Below, piece by piece: positions 49,755-58,636 of a stretch of DNA of 58,636 nt. How positions within the stretch are numbered: position 1 is the first letter of the stretch; the number at the start of each line of letters is the position of its first letter. Made by a program: the position numbers and the translations under genes. Below the pieces are notes generated by a model. The model saw only the letters and a program-made list of their open reading frames with translations, had not been told where the DNA came from and ran no database searches. This DNA comes from Betaproteobacteria bacterium (GTDB taxonomy: Bacteria > Pseudomonadota > Gammaproteobacteria > Burkholderiales > SG8-41), in NCBI GenBank assembly GCA_016868015.1, contig VGIF01000002.1, positions 1-58,636 on the forward strand, read 5' to 3'.

Positions 49755-49760
49755 ATTATA
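49755..49760 (-). promoter_or_regulatory. Candidate -10 box (TATAAT) of the metH promoter
   Basis: A perfect TATAAT on the minus strand lies immediately 5' of the riboswitch-like sequence. The -35 region is not convincing. Confidence 0.45.
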
Positions 49761-49814
49761 CCGGAAGCGCTTTTGTGCCCGCCCAACCGCGGCCGGGCGG
49801 CGCCGATAAATACT

Positions 49815-49847
49815 ACGTAAGTATTTGATTTAATTGATATTTTTATA
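49815..49847 (+). repeat. AT-rich element copy B
   Basis: Reads ACGTAAGTATTTGATTTAATTGATATTTTTATA. It lies between the VIT stop (49870) and the metH promoter/riboswitch. Confidence 0.85.
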
Positions 49848-49869
49848 CATCCGCCATTGCCAATGGAGC

Positions 49870-50907
49870 TTATGCCAACGTCACCCCCAACAGCTTCCCG
49901 ATAAAAAACGTCGCCGCGCCGGCACCCGCGCCGATCGCCAGCATGCGCACGCCGCTGAACCATGCCCTGCGGCCGGTGAATAGCGACAATGTCGCCCCCA
50001 CGCCGAATAACGCTATCGCGGTCAATGCGATAGCGATAAATAAGCTCGCGTCGCCGCCGGCCACCAAAAACGGCAGTAGCGGCACCGCGGCGCCCGCGGC
50101 GAACGCGCTGAAGGAAAACAGCGCCGCCCCCCAAGGCGAACCGAGATCATCGGGATTCAAGCCCAGTTCCTCGCGCGCGAGCGTACCGAGCGCGCGCGCC
50201 GGGTCCGCGGTCAGCCCTGCCGCGAGGCGCACCGCGTCTTCGCGCGGCAGTCCGCGCGCTTCGTAAATGAGCGCGAGCTCCTCGGCTTCTTCCTCGGGAT
50301 AGTGATCGAGTTCTTCGCGCTCAAGGCCGATCTGGTATTCGAACATTTCGCGCTGCGAGCGCACCGATACATACTCGCCCGCCGCCATCGAAAACGCACC
50401 GGCGATCAAGCCCGCCGCGCCCGACAACAAAATGAGCTGGTTATTCGCCGTCGTACCGGCGATGCCCATGATCAGGCTCGCGTTGGAAATCAACCCGTCG
50501 TTCACACCAAACACCGCCGCGCGCAAGTTGCCGCCGGCGCCCACGCCGCGGTGGCGCTTGCCCATCTCATCGCCCGGCGCCTGCGTGGGATGGCCTTGCG
50601 CGGCGTGGGTGTAGAGCGACATTCCGCGCACTTTCATCGCCGAGAGCACGGGGCGCAGCCGCCGCGCGCCCAGCCGCCGGGTGAGCACCGCCACCACGCG
50701 CGTGCGCAGGTCCGGCACATAGCGCGCGGGCAGCGATTGCCCGGCCTCGCGCGCAAGCTTGGCCCAGATCTCGGCCTGTTTGTCCGCTTCGCCCGCCAAC
50801 TCGTTAAACAGCGCGGCGCGCGGCGTGCCCGCTTCCATCCGCGCCACCACTTGATAAAGATAGGCCGCTTGCTTCTCTTCGCGCCAATTCACCACTTCAT
50901 TCATCAC
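49870..50907 (-). CDS. VIT1/CCC1-family iron/manganese transporter with N-terminal ferritin-like domain
   Basis: The N-terminal helical domain (EKQAAYLYQVVA...EADKQAEIWA) is followed by VIT motifs (VFGVNDGLISN, EYVSVRSQ). The start overlaps the upstream gene's stop. Confidence 0.8.
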   Translation of the reverse strand: MMNEVVNWREEKQAAYLYQVVARMEAGTPRAALFNELAGEADKQAEIWAKLAREAGQSLPARYVPDLRTRVVAVLTRRLGARRLRPVLSAMKVRGMSLYTHAAQGHPTQAPGDEMGKRHRGVGAGGNLRAAVFGVNDGLISNASLIMGIAGTTANNQLILLSGAAGLIAGAFSMAAGEYVSVRSQREMFEYQIGLEREELDHYPEEEAEELALIYEARGLPREDAVRLAAGLTADPARALGTLAREELGLNPDDLGSPWGAALFSFSAFAAGAAVPLLPFLVAGGDASLFIAIALTAIALFGVGATLSLFTGRRAWFSGVRMLAIGAGAGAATFFIGKLLGVTLA

Positions 50908-52139
50908 GCCACCTCAACCTTCGGCAACCGCAAATAAACCAGCCACAACGCAAGCCCCGCCAGCGCGATTAACAAGCTACCCAGCGCCAAAAACGCCGCC
51001 GATGCGGCAAACAGCGGCGCCGCGACCGCCGCCACAAAGGCAATGATCAACGACTGCAAGCAGGCCTGCAAGGAGGCCGCCATACCGCGATTGTGCGGGA
51101 ACAGATCTAGCACCATCAACGCCACCGACGGCATGGCAATCGCCATGCCCAGCCCGTACAGCACTTGATGCAGCACCGACCACGGCACCTGCGGGCTAAA
51201 CCACAGGTAGTAGAGGTTGTTATAGACCTGCGCCGCGAACATGAATGCAAACCCCAACCATACGGTGTTGCGCGGCGTTAACTTACCCGCGAGCCGGCCC
51301 GATAGATACGAGCCCGCCATCATGCCCACCACACCACCGACGAAAAGCCACGCAAAACCAAGTTCGCCAAGCCCCAAGTGGCGATAAATAAACGCCGGGG
51401 CGGCCAACACATAAATAAAAAAACCACCGAAGTTGAGTGCTGCCACACACGACAACAACAAAAACCGCCCGTTAAGCCCAACGTGGCGATAAGCCGTCAC
51501 AAGCGGTGCGGGCAAGAAGCGCTGGCGCGCGTGCGGCGGATGCGTCTCCGGCAAAAAGCGCCAGCACACCAGCAACAGTATTGCGCCCACCGCCGCGAGG
51601 AACCAAAAGATCGAGCGCCAACCGAGCCACATTTGCAGCGCACCGCCGATCAAAGGGGCGACCGCCGGCGCGATGGCGAAGATCATCATCACCCGCGACA
51701 TCATGCGCTGCGCATCGGCGCCCTGGTACGCATCGCGCACCACCGCGCGGCTGATCGCGGTACCCGCGCCCGCCACCAAGCCCTGCAGGGCGCGGCCGAT
51801 CAACAGCGCAGTCATGTTCGGCGCCAGCGCGCAGATGATCGAGGCGATCACATAACCGCAAAGCCCGAGCAAAATCACCGGCTTGCGCCCAAACGCATCC
51901 GACAACGCGCCATGAAACAGCATCATGAACGCAAACGGAATCAAATACGCGGTCAACGTCTGCTGCACGATCACTTGCGCCACGCCCATGTCCGCCCCCA
52001 TCGCCGGAAACGAGGGCAAATACGTGTCGATGGAAAACGGCCCGATGGTGGCGAGCGCGGCCAGCAACACGGGGAACAGCGGGTGATAACGGGATGCGGT
52101 GGACAATGCCTTTTTCCAGGCTGGACATCGAGCAACCAT
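50904..52139 (-). CDS. Bcr/CflA-family MFS efflux transporter
   Basis: 12-TM MFS protein with GPFSIDTYLPSFPAM and LSDAFGRKP. The ATG at 52139 has the SD GAGG. Confidence 0.85.
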   Translation of the reverse strand: MVARCPAWKKALSTASRYHPLFPVLLAALATIGPFSIDTYLPSFPAMGADMGVAQVIVQQTLTAYLIPFAFMMLFHGALSDAFGRKPVILLGLCGYVIASIICALAPNMTALLIGRALQGLVAGAGTAISRAVVRDAYQGADAQRMMSRVMMIFAIAPAVAPLIGGALQMWLGWRSIFWFLAAVGAILLLVCWRFLPETHPPHARQRFLPAPLVTAYRHVGLNGRFLLLSCVAALNFGGFFIYVLAAPAFIYRHLGLGELGFAWLFVGGVVGMMAGSYLSGRLAGKLTPRNTVWLGFAFMFAAQVYNNLYYLWFSPQVPWSVLHQVLYGLGMAIAMPSVALMVLDLFPHNRGMAASLQACLQSLIIAFVAAVAAPLFAASAAFLALGSLLIALAGLALWLVYLRLPKVEVA

Positions 52140-52157
52140 TTTACCTCTGGTGCTGTG

Positions 52158-52190
52158 CCCTTCACCCTTCACGCCTCACGCCCCACGCAC
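52158..52190. repeat. Heptamer tandem array (CCCTTCA x2, CGCCTCA, CGCCCCA, CGCACA; reverse strand GTGAAGG/GTGAGGC type)
   Basis: Read directly from the sequence, 19-51 nt upstream of the bcr-like start (minus strand). Confidence 0.8.
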
Positions 52191-52330
52191 ATCAGATCAT
52201 GCGTCACACGCCGATCAGATCGACAGCGAAGATTGGCTCAAAGTACGTTGCCGCAAGTGTGGCCATGAGTGGATCGCGAGCGGGAAGCCCGTTGTGTTAC
52301 CCGCGGGGAAATCGCTGTAGTGGTCGTGGC

Positions 52331-52387
52331 AGGGTACGCATCGCGCACCGTTGCACGGCGGCGACGTGGTGCGCGGTGCGCACCCTA
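52331..52387. repeat. Hairpin repeat of the GGTGCGCACCCTAC type
   Basis: agggtacgcatcgcgcacc and ggtgcgcggtgcgcaccct form a 19-bp stem with 2 mismatches. It lies downstream of the fahA stop. Confidence 0.75.
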
Positions 52388-52478
52388 CACCTCATTCAGC
52401 CTCTCTCACCAATAGCCATGAACAACCAATGAGTCGTTCCCGCCAAACCACTAAACCACCAAACGACAGCGTTATGCG

Positions 52479-53801
52479 TTATTTCGCCGCCACCATCCGC
52501 GCACAACAATCGCCAAATCCGATCGACGCATACCCCGCGCGCCGGCCGTGCGCTCTGAGATAAATATCATCGCCATCCTGCACCCAGCGGCGAATTTCGC
52601 CGTTGGCGAGCGTGATATCTTTGGTGCCGTCGAACGACAACTCGGCGATGCTGCCGTAGTTTTCCGGCGTCGGGCCGCTGATGGTGCCGGAGCCGAAAAT
52701 GTCGCCGGGTTCCAACGCGCAGCCGCCACAAGTGTGGTGCGCCACCATCTGCGCCACCGTCCAATACAAATGCTTGGTGTTACTCACCGCGATGCGTTGC
52801 GGCGGCGCGCCTTTCGCGCGCATGGCTTCGGTGTGGATCAGCACCTCGATTTCCAGATCGAGTTGGCCTTCGCGCTGATCGGCTTCGTCCCACAAATACG
52901 GCAGCGGCTTGGGGTCACCTTCGGGGCGCGCGGGCTGTGCGATACGGAAAGGCGCCAGCGCTTCGGGCGTGACCATCCACGGTGAAATGGTGGTGCCGAA
53001 ATTCTTGGATAAAAACGGCCCCAGCGGCGCCGACTCCCAGCGCTGGATGTCGCGCGCCGACCAGTCATTCAACATGCAAAAGCCGTAGATGTGATCGAAC
53101 GCCTGGCCGGTCGGGATCGGCTCGCCCCACGCGTTGCCCTGGCCCACCCAGATGCCGAATTCGAGTTCGAAATCCATTTTCAAGCATGGGCCGAACGTGG
53201 GCAGTTGTTCGCCGTCGACCACGCGCTGACCATTCGGGCGGCGCACCGGCACGCCGCTCGGCCGCACCGTGGAAGCACGGCTGTGATACGCCACCGGCAC
53301 GTATTTGTAGTTGGGGCTTAACGGCGGATTCGCGCCGCGGCGCTTGCCGCCGTTTTCGGCGTGGGTGATACCGGCGAAAAAATCGGTATACGCGCCGATT
53401 TTCGCCGGCAGATGCAGCGTGCAGTCCGCGGCCTTGTGCAGCAGCTTCGAAGCCAGCGGTTTGGCGCGCGCCGATTCCGCCGTACCCGCGGCGAGCAACG
53501 CCGAGAGTTGTTTACGCAGCGCCGCACGCGGGCCGGCGCCCAGCGCCATCAATTCGTTGAGTGTTGGGTTGCTCGCCGCGCGCGCTGCTTTGTCGGCATC
53601 GCCGGAAACTAATTTCGCGTCACTCGCTGCTTTGAGATCGAACACTTCATCGCCGATGGCCACACCACCGCGCGGTGTGTCGCCGCGCACGCTAAAAATG
53701 CCTAATGGCAAATTCTGAATCGGAAAATCGCCGTGGCCGTTGGCGCTGGTTACCCAGCTTGTGCGTTTGGCGTCGTTCGTTTCATCGAGCAGGATGGCCA
53801 T
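52479..53801 (-). CDS. fahA: fumarylacetoacetase
   Basis: 440-aa ORF with FPIQNLPLGIF, YTDFFAG and GFCMLNDWSARDIQ. Confidence 0.9.
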   Translation of the reverse strand: MAILLDETNDAKRTSWVTSANGHGDFPIQNLPLGIFSVRGDTPRGGVAIGDEVFDLKAASDAKLVSGDADKAARAASNPTLNELMALGAGPRAALRKQLSALLAAGTAESARAKPLASKLLHKAADCTLHLPAKIGAYTDFFAGITHAENGGKRRGANPPLSPNYKYVPVAYHSRASTVRPSGVPVRRPNGQRVVDGEQLPTFGPCLKMDFELEFGIWVGQGNAWGEPIPTGQAFDHIYGFCMLNDWSARDIQRWESAPLGPFLSKNFGTTISPWMVTPEALAPFRIAQPARPEGDPKPLPYLWDEADQREGQLDLEIEVLIHTEAMRAKGAPPQRIAVSNTKHLYWTVAQMVAHHTCGGCALEPGDIFGSGTISGPTPENYGSIAELSFDGTKDITLANGEIRRWVQDGDDIYLRAHGRRAGYASIGFGDCCARMVAAK

Positions 53802-53812
53802 GGTTACCCCTT

Positions 53813-53845
53813 GCGTAAGTATTTGATTTTATTTAATATTTTAAA
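53813..53845 (+). repeat. AT-rich element copy C
   Basis: Reads GCGTAAGTATTTGATTTTATTTAATATTTTAAA. It lies 12 nt upstream of the fahA ATG (53801, minus strand). Confidence 0.85.
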
Positions 53846-53855
53846 CAGAAATTCT

Positions 53856-53955
53856 AAACCTTTTAGCCACGGATTTCACAGATGAACACGGATTAAACCC
53901 CGTGAAAAGATTCGTTTAATCTGTGTCAATCTGCGAAATCCGTGGCGAAGGTTTT
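53856..53955. repeat. Long nested hairpin of the GCCACGGATTTCACAGAT type
   Basis: The outer arms are ccttttagccacggatttcacagat and atctgcgaaatccgtggcgaaggtt. The inner arms are gaacacggattaaac and gtttaatctgtgtc. It lies immediately downstream of the ccmI stop. Confidence 0.85.
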
Positions 53956-53965
53956 TAAAGAGCCC

Positions 53966-55180
53966 TTACTGCACCTCGGTATCGATCACCACCTCGACAC
54001 CCTGCTGAGTATTGTTCACCACCTTGGACACACCCTGCAAATCGCCAGGCTGCACCGTAGCATCGCCGCTTTTGGAAATGCGCGCGCCGACGATGACTTG
54101 CGGCACGCTCGACAAGCGCGTCGCCGGCGACATCGCCAGGCTGTCGTCCAGCGTAAAGCTCAGCGGCAAATCGCTTACTTTTTTGCGCAGAATCGCCAGC
54201 GGCATGCGTGAACCTTGCGCGGTGCGCGCGAATACAAACACAGTGTCGCCCGGCGCGGCCTTCGCCGCGAGCGCGGGGGCCAGGCTAACTTTGCCACTCA
54301 CACCAGCGGCAGCCGCCGCCGCGGGTTGCGCCGCGCCGCCCTTGCCGGCGCGTTCGCGCGCCTCGGTTATGCCCGCCTGCACACCGCGCGCAACTTCGGC
54401 ATCGGCCGGCAAACCGGCGAGCAGTCTTTCCCAGTGTTTGACCGCGTTGGGGTAATCTTTTTTCTCGAAGGCGATGGTGCCCGCCAGCGCCAGCGATTTC
54501 GGATGATCCGGGTCGATCTTCAACGCGCGCATCACCAGCGCTTCGGGTTCGCCCTCGAACGACTGCCCATGCGCCATCGCCAGTGCGTCGGCGTAGTCGG
54601 CGAGCAAATGCGGGTTGTCGGGCACGCGTTGCACCGCCTTGGCGTAAGCGGCAACCGCGTCATCAAAGCGCCCCATCGCGCCATACGCCTTGCCGAGCAT
54701 CACCCAGCCCTGCGGGTCGTCGGGGTTTTGTTTCATACGCTCGGCGAGCTTGCTCACCATCACCTGCACTTGCGCCACGGTGAGGCCCTTGCTCACATCC
54801 GCCGGCACGGGCGCCGGCGCCAGTGCGTGCGGCGTACCCACCACGTAGTAAATCGCCACCGCCAGCAGCGGCACCGCCAGACCGACGGCGATTGCCGGCG
54901 CGCGCCCGCTCGCGCGCGCCGCGCGGGTGGCGGGGGCATGGGTGACGAGGTCATCGAGCAGCCGCTGTTCCAGCTCCAGCCGCGCGCGCTCGTATTGCTC
55001 ATCGGCAATGGTGCCGGCGCGGCGGTCGGCTTCGAGTTCTTGCAGTTGGTCGCGATACACCGCGACGTTTAGCGGCTGAACGGCCACGCTCTCGCGGCAG
55101 CGGGCTTTTAACAGCGGCGGCAGCACAAATCCTAGCGCGGCCGCGATCAGCACCGCCGCGATAATCCCAAACAGGGTCAT
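53966..55180 (-). CDS. ccmI: c-type cytochrome biogenesis protein CcmI (TPR)
   Basis: The membrane N-terminus MTLFGIIAAVLIAAALGFVLPPL is followed by TPR repeats. The start overlaps the ccmH stop (ATGA). Confidence 0.85.
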   Translation of the reverse strand: MTLFGIIAAVLIAAALGFVLPPLLKARCRESVAVQPLNVAVYRDQLQELEADRRAGTIADEQYERARLELEQRLLDDLVTHAPATRAARASGRAPAIAVGLAVPLLAVAIYYVVGTPHALAPAPVPADVSKGLTVAQVQVMVSKLAERMKQNPDDPQGWVMLGKAYGAMGRFDDAVAAYAKAVQRVPDNPHLLADYADALAMAHGQSFEGEPEALVMRALKIDPDHPKSLALAGTIAFEKKDYPNAVKHWERLLAGLPADAEVARGVQAGITEARERAGKGGAAQPAAAAAAGVSGKVSLAPALAAKAAPGDTVFVFARTAQGSRMPLAILRKKVSDLPLSFTLDDSLAMSPATRLSSVPQVIVGARISKSGDATVQPGDLQGVSKVVNNTQQGVEVVIDTEVQ

Positions 55181-55659
55181 GGCAGTTTCGGCTCGCGGCG
55201 TGTGGCGGGTTCACCCAGCAAAGCCGCGGCGCGCGCGCGTTCCTCCGCGCTCAGCACCGGCGCCGCCAACGTTTGCGCGCGGCGGCGCAACCGCATAAAC
55301 AACGCAATCAGCCCCCCCGCGAACAACAACACGGGGCCGAACCACAGCAGCAACGTCGTCGCCTTGAGCGGCGGGCGGTACAACACAAAGTCGCCGTAGC
55401 GCTCGGTCATGAATGCGATCACTTGCCGGTCACTCGCGCCTTGCTCGATCTGCTCGCGCACCTGATTTTTAAGGTCGAGGGCAAGATCGGCATTGGAATC
55501 GGCAAGCGATTGGTTTTGACACACCAGGCAACGCAGCTCGGCCGATAGTTGCTGCACGCGCCGCTCCAGGGCGGCGTCCTGCGCGGCGTGAACCGCTTGC
55601 GCCGCCCCCCAAGCGTAGAATAAAAATATTAATAAAATCCAATGCTTACGTATTTTCAT
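55177..55659 (-). CDS. ccmH: cytochrome c-type biogenesis protein CcmH
   Basis: Carries LRCLVCQNQSLADSNA (CxxC) and a C-terminal TM segment. The ATG at 55659 gives the signal peptide MKIRKHWILLIFLFYAWGAAQAVHA. Confidence 0.88.
   Translation of the reverse strand: MKIRKHWILLIFLFYAWGAAQAVHAAQDAALERRVQQLSAELRCLVCQNQSLADSNADLALDLKNQVREQIEQGASDRQVIAFMTERYGDFVLYRPPLKATTLLLWFGPVLLFAGGLIALFMRLRRRAQTLAAPVLSAEERARAAALLGEPATRREPKLP
55618..55651 (-). repeat. AT-rich element copy H (inside the ccmG/ccmH overlap, coding)
   Basis: The reverse strand reads ACGTAAGCATTGGATTTTATTAATATTTTTATTC. It supplies the ccmG TAA stop and ccmH codons 3-14. Confidence 0.75.
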
Positions 55660-56176
55660 TGAGTTTGGCGATAAGCGGCAGGATTTTTTCTTTGACATCG
55701 CGCGGCGTCACCACGCCGATGTGTTTGTAGCGAATCACGCCTTGCTTGTCGATCACATAGGTTTCCGGCACGCCGTAAACGCCGTAGTCGATCCCCACGC
55801 GCCCCTTCTCGTCGTACGCCGACAACACATAGGGATCGCCAAAACGCTTAAGCCACGCCACACCGTCGGGCCGCTTGTCTTTGTAATTCAAACCGTAGAT
55901 CGGCACCACGCCGCTTTTGGCAAGATCAACCAGCACCGGATGTTCATCGCGGCACGCCGCGCACCACGACGCCCACACGTTGAGCATCCACACCTTGCCC
56001 AGCAAGTCTTTTTGCGTAAACGTTTTGCCGGCATCGTGCAGCAGCGGCAGTTCGAACTGCGGCGCGGGTTTACCGATCAGCGGTGAGGGCACTTCGCGCG
56101 GGTTCAAGGTCAAGCCCACCCCCAAAAACACCGCCAGCACCAGAAAAATGCCCAAAGGCCACAGCCAGCGCCTCAT
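55646..56176 (-). CDS. ccmG: thiol:disulfide interchange protein DsbE/CcmG
   Basis: 176 aa with a membrane anchor, WASWCAACRDEHP, and GVYGVPETYVID. The ATG overlaps the ccmF stop (ATGA). Confidence 0.9.
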   Translation of the reverse strand: MRRWLWPLGIFLVLAVFLGVGLTLNPREVPSPLIGKPAPQFELPLLHDAGKTFTQKDLLGKVWMLNVWASWCAACRDEHPVLVDLAKSGVVPIYGLNYKDKRPDGVAWLKRFGDPYVLSAYDEKGRVGIDYGVYGVPETYVIDKQGVIRYKHIGVVTPRDVKEKILPLIAKLNENT

Positions 56177-58152
56177 GACGCAACCCCGGCCACCGCCGTT
56201 TGCGCGCGCTCGCGCGCCACGCGCGCGGCGACGCGATAACGCTTGTCGAACACCGCCAGCAAGCCACCCAACGCCATCAACACGCAGCCGGCCCAGATCC
56301 AGCCGACAAACGGTTTGACGTGCACGCGCACGATCCAGGCATTGTCGCCCACCGCTTCGCCCAGCGACACGTATAAGTCGCGGGTGAGCCCGCTGTCGAT
56401 GGCGGCTTCGGTCATCGGGTTTTTTTGCACGTTGTAGACGCGCTTTTCGGGATACAGCGTGCTCACCGGCGCGCCGTTGCGCGTCACACTGATGGTGCCG
56501 CGCTGCGCGGCGAAGTTGGGGCCCTTGACATCGTTCACCGCATCGAAACGAAACGCGTAGCCGCCGAGCGCCACGCTCTCGCCGAAGGCGAGCTTTACAT
56601 CTTTCTCGGCCTCGTAGGTCTTGACCATGGTGACACCGACCACCAACACGCCAATACCCACGTGCGCCAGCAGCATGCCGTAGTAACTCAACGATTGCGC
56701 GCGCAGTTTGGCGCCGAGCGCGCCGGGCGTCTGTTTTAAGCGCGCGCTCAACGTCGCCGCGCTGCTGGCGAAAATCCACACCGCGAGCAGCAAACCCAGG
56801 CTCGCCAACGGCGTCCACTTACCCATCACCAATGGCAACACCAGCGCGCTTACCACCGCCACGCCGAGCGCCCATTTCAGGCGCAGCGCGAGTTCGGGCA
56901 AGGTGGCCTGCTTCCAGCGCGCCACCGGCCCCACGCCCATCAGGAACAACGCCGGCGCCATCAGCGGCAGGAACACCGTTTCGAAATACGGCGGGCCGAC
57001 GGAAATCTTGCCCAGGTTCAGTGCATCCAAAAACAGCGGATACAGCGTGCCCAGCAACACCGAGCCGGTGGCCACCAGCAGCAACACGTTATTGGTGAGC
57101 AACAACGATTCGCGCGACACCACCTCGAAGCGCCCGCCCAGCCCCACGCGCTGCGCGCGCCAGGCGAACAACGCGAGCGAACCGCCGATCACCAGCACCA
57201 GAAAAATCAGAATAAAAATGCCGCGCTTGGGGTCGGTGGCGAACGAGTGCACGCTGGTCAGCACGCCGGAACGCACCAAAAACGCGCCCAACAGCGTCAA
57301 GGCAAACGTGAAAATCGCGAGCAGGATCGTCCAGCTCTTGAACGAGCCGCGCTTTTCGGTGACCGCCAACGAGTGGATTAACGCCGTACCCATCAGCCAC
57401 GGCATGAAAGACGCGTTTTCCACCGGATCCCAAAACCACCAGCCGCCCCAGCCCAGTTCGTAATACGCCCACCAACTGCCCAACGCGATGCCGATGGTGA
57501 GAAACACCCACGCGGTGGTGGTCCATGGCCGCGACCAGCGCGCCCACGTCGCATCCAGCCGGCCCGACAGCAGCGCCGCGATCGCAAACGCAAACGCCAC
57601 CGAAAAACCGACGTAACCCATGTAGAGCATCGGCGGGTGCAACACCATGCCGGGGTCTTGCAGCAGCGGATTCAAATCTCGTCCGTCCATCGCCGCCGGC
57701 AGCAAGCGGTCAAACGGGTTGGAGGTGAACAACATAAAACTCAAAAAGCCGATGCTCACCAGGCCCAACACCCCCAGCACGCGCGCCACGATGTCCTCGG
57801 GCAAATGGCTGCTGAACACGGTGACCGCAAACGTCCAGCCGGCGAGCATCAGCACCCACAACAGCAGCGAGCCTTCGTGCCCGCCCCACACCGCGGCGAT
57901 GCGGTAAGCCAGCGGCAGCGCCGAGTTGGAATTCGACGCCACATACAGCACCGAAAAATCGTTGTGGATGAACGAATAGGTCAGACAGGCATACGCGATC
58001 GCCACGAACACGAACTGGCCTTGCGCGGCGGGGCGCGCGAGCTGCATCCACTGCGCGTTGCCTTTTGCCGCGCCGATCAACGGCAGCGTGCCCAGCGCGA
58101 GGGCGAGAGTGAGCGCGAGGACTAATGCGAATTGGCCGAGTTCGGGGATCAT
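56173..58152 (-). CDS. ccmF: cytochrome c heme lyase subunit CcmF
   Basis: Carries MIPELGQFAL..., the WWFWDPVENASFMPW (WWD) motif, and many TM segments. Confidence 0.93.
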   Translation of the reverse strand: MIPELGQFALVLALTLALALGTLPLIGAAKGNAQWMQLARPAAQGQFVFVAIAYACLTYSFIHNDFSVLYVASNSNSALPLAYRIAAVWGGHEGSLLLWVLMLAGWTFAVTVFSSHLPEDIVARVLGVLGLVSIGFLSFMLFTSNPFDRLLPAAMDGRDLNPLLQDPGMVLHPPMLYMGYVGFSVAFAFAIAALLSGRLDATWARWSRPWTTTAWVFLTIGIALGSWWAYYELGWGGWWFWDPVENASFMPWLMGTALIHSLAVTEKRGSFKSWTILLAIFTFALTLLGAFLVRSGVLTSVHSFATDPKRGIFILIFLVLVIGGSLALFAWRAQRVGLGGRFEVVSRESLLLTNNVLLLVATGSVLLGTLYPLFLDALNLGKISVGPPYFETVFLPLMAPALFLMGVGPVARWKQATLPELALRLKWALGVAVVSALVLPLVMGKWTPLASLGLLLAVWIFASSAATLSARLKQTPGALGAKLRAQSLSYYGMLLAHVGIGVLVVGVTMVKTYEAEKDVKLAFGESVALGGYAFRFDAVNDVKGPNFAAQRGTISVTRNGAPVSTLYPEKRVYNVQKNPMTEAAIDSGLTRDLYVSLGEAVGDNAWIVRVHVKPFVGWIWAGCVLMALGGLLAVFDKRYRVAARVARERAQTAVAGVAS

Positions 58153-58255
58153 GGGTTTTTTGTGGAAGTCAGAACGCCTAACCAATTAAACGCAGCGCCG
58201 GTCACTGCTTGGTCACCTTCGCGGACAGATGAAAAACAAACGGTGTAGTGATCAA

Positions 58256-58636
58256 TCATGGCTTAGGGGTAACCACACTACGCGCCGCCCGCTCTTGCGC
58301 TTCTTTCGCCTTCTTCACCGCGTGCTCGGCCTCAACCGGCATGTAGTTCTCATCATGCTTGGCCAGCACTTCGTTCGCCACAAACGCGCCGTTTTCCAGC
58401 CGCCCCTGTGCCACCACGCCCTTACCTTCCTTGAACAAATCGGGCAGGATGCCTTTGTACATTACAGGGATGCTTTTCGCGGTATCGGTCACCACAAATT
58501 GCACAGTGAGGCCATCGGCCTGGCGTTTGACGCTGCCCATTTCCACCATGCCGCCGACGCGAAACGCGCGATTTTGCGGCGCTTCGTTGGCGGCCACTTG
58601 CGTGGGTGTATAAAAAAACGCAAGATTTTCATTGAG
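58256..58636 (-). CDS. ccmE: cytochrome c maturation heme chaperone CcmE (5' end beyond window)
   Basis: Carries [23 protein letters not shown] and AKHDENYMP (heme-binding His). The frame stays open to the window edge. Confidence 0.88.
   Translation of the reverse strand, partial: LNENLAFFYTPTQVAANEAPQNRAFRVGGMVEMGSVKRQADGLTVQFVVTDTAKSIPVMYKGILPDLFKEGKGVVAQGRLENGAFVANEVLAKHDENYMPVEAEHAVKKAKEAQERAARSVVTPKP

Noticed and set aside
52099-52320. Small ORF containing a zinc-ribbon-like KVRCRKCGHEW segment between the bcr-like gene and fahA.
   Set aside because: There is no plausible start codon or SD near the motif. The ORF-track start overlaps the bcr-like 5' end and the heptamer array, and a single CxxC is not enough to call a gene.
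55646-56818. Over-long ORF-track models with N-terminal extensions: 390-aa ccmG, 250-aa soxY (4405-5157), 493-aa ATP-grasp (39929-41410), 350-aa CPBP (45032-46084), and the 13333 start of the oxidoreductase.
   Set aside because: The extensions overlap upstream genes or repeats and are Arg-rich. Internal ATGs give canonical N-termini (signal peptides, SD sequences, ATGA coupling).

Overview
This is a GC-rich segment (by eye mid-60s % GC, not computed) of a proteobacterial chromosome. It is most consistent with a Betaproteobacterium: five Bug/TctC-family solute receptors, an SAH-riboswitch-type leader on metH, and ccmEFGHI. I call about 55 genes. Housekeeping blocks (mtgA, aroE, a TonB-like gene, an RNase II-family gene, mpl, metH, fahA, ccmE-I) alternate with accessory blocks. 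One accessory block is a soxX-Y-Z-A-type cluster with a non-canonical SoxY arm and a Tat-signal methyltransferase. Another is a ~13 kb CoA-dependent catabolic island (about 21.4-34.6 kb) with an LLM monooxygenase, a KstD-like flavoprotein, a flavin monooxygenase, paired hotdog hydratases, paired acyl-CoA dehydrogenases, two crotonases and Bug receptors. I saw no rRNA, tRNA, CRISPR array or intact mobile element. Four observations are not explained by the gene calls. (1) A ~33-bp AT-rich element (consensus ACGTAAGTATTTGATTTTATTGATATTTTTAT, with an IHF-like WATCAANNNNTTR core on the reverse strand) occurs in at least 12 copies, mostly right next to gene starts or stops; one copy encodes the CcmH signal peptide. 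(2) GTGA-core heptamer arrays occur at four intergenic sites. (3) Four unrelated hairpin-repeat families are present. (4) Three reading frames within 7.5 kb each carry a single in-frame stop, including a DUF427 gene whose UGA sits exactly at the family's conserved Cys, making it either a selenocysteine candidate or a nonsense pseudogene. All function calls rest on motif recognition in the supplied translations; no database search was run.
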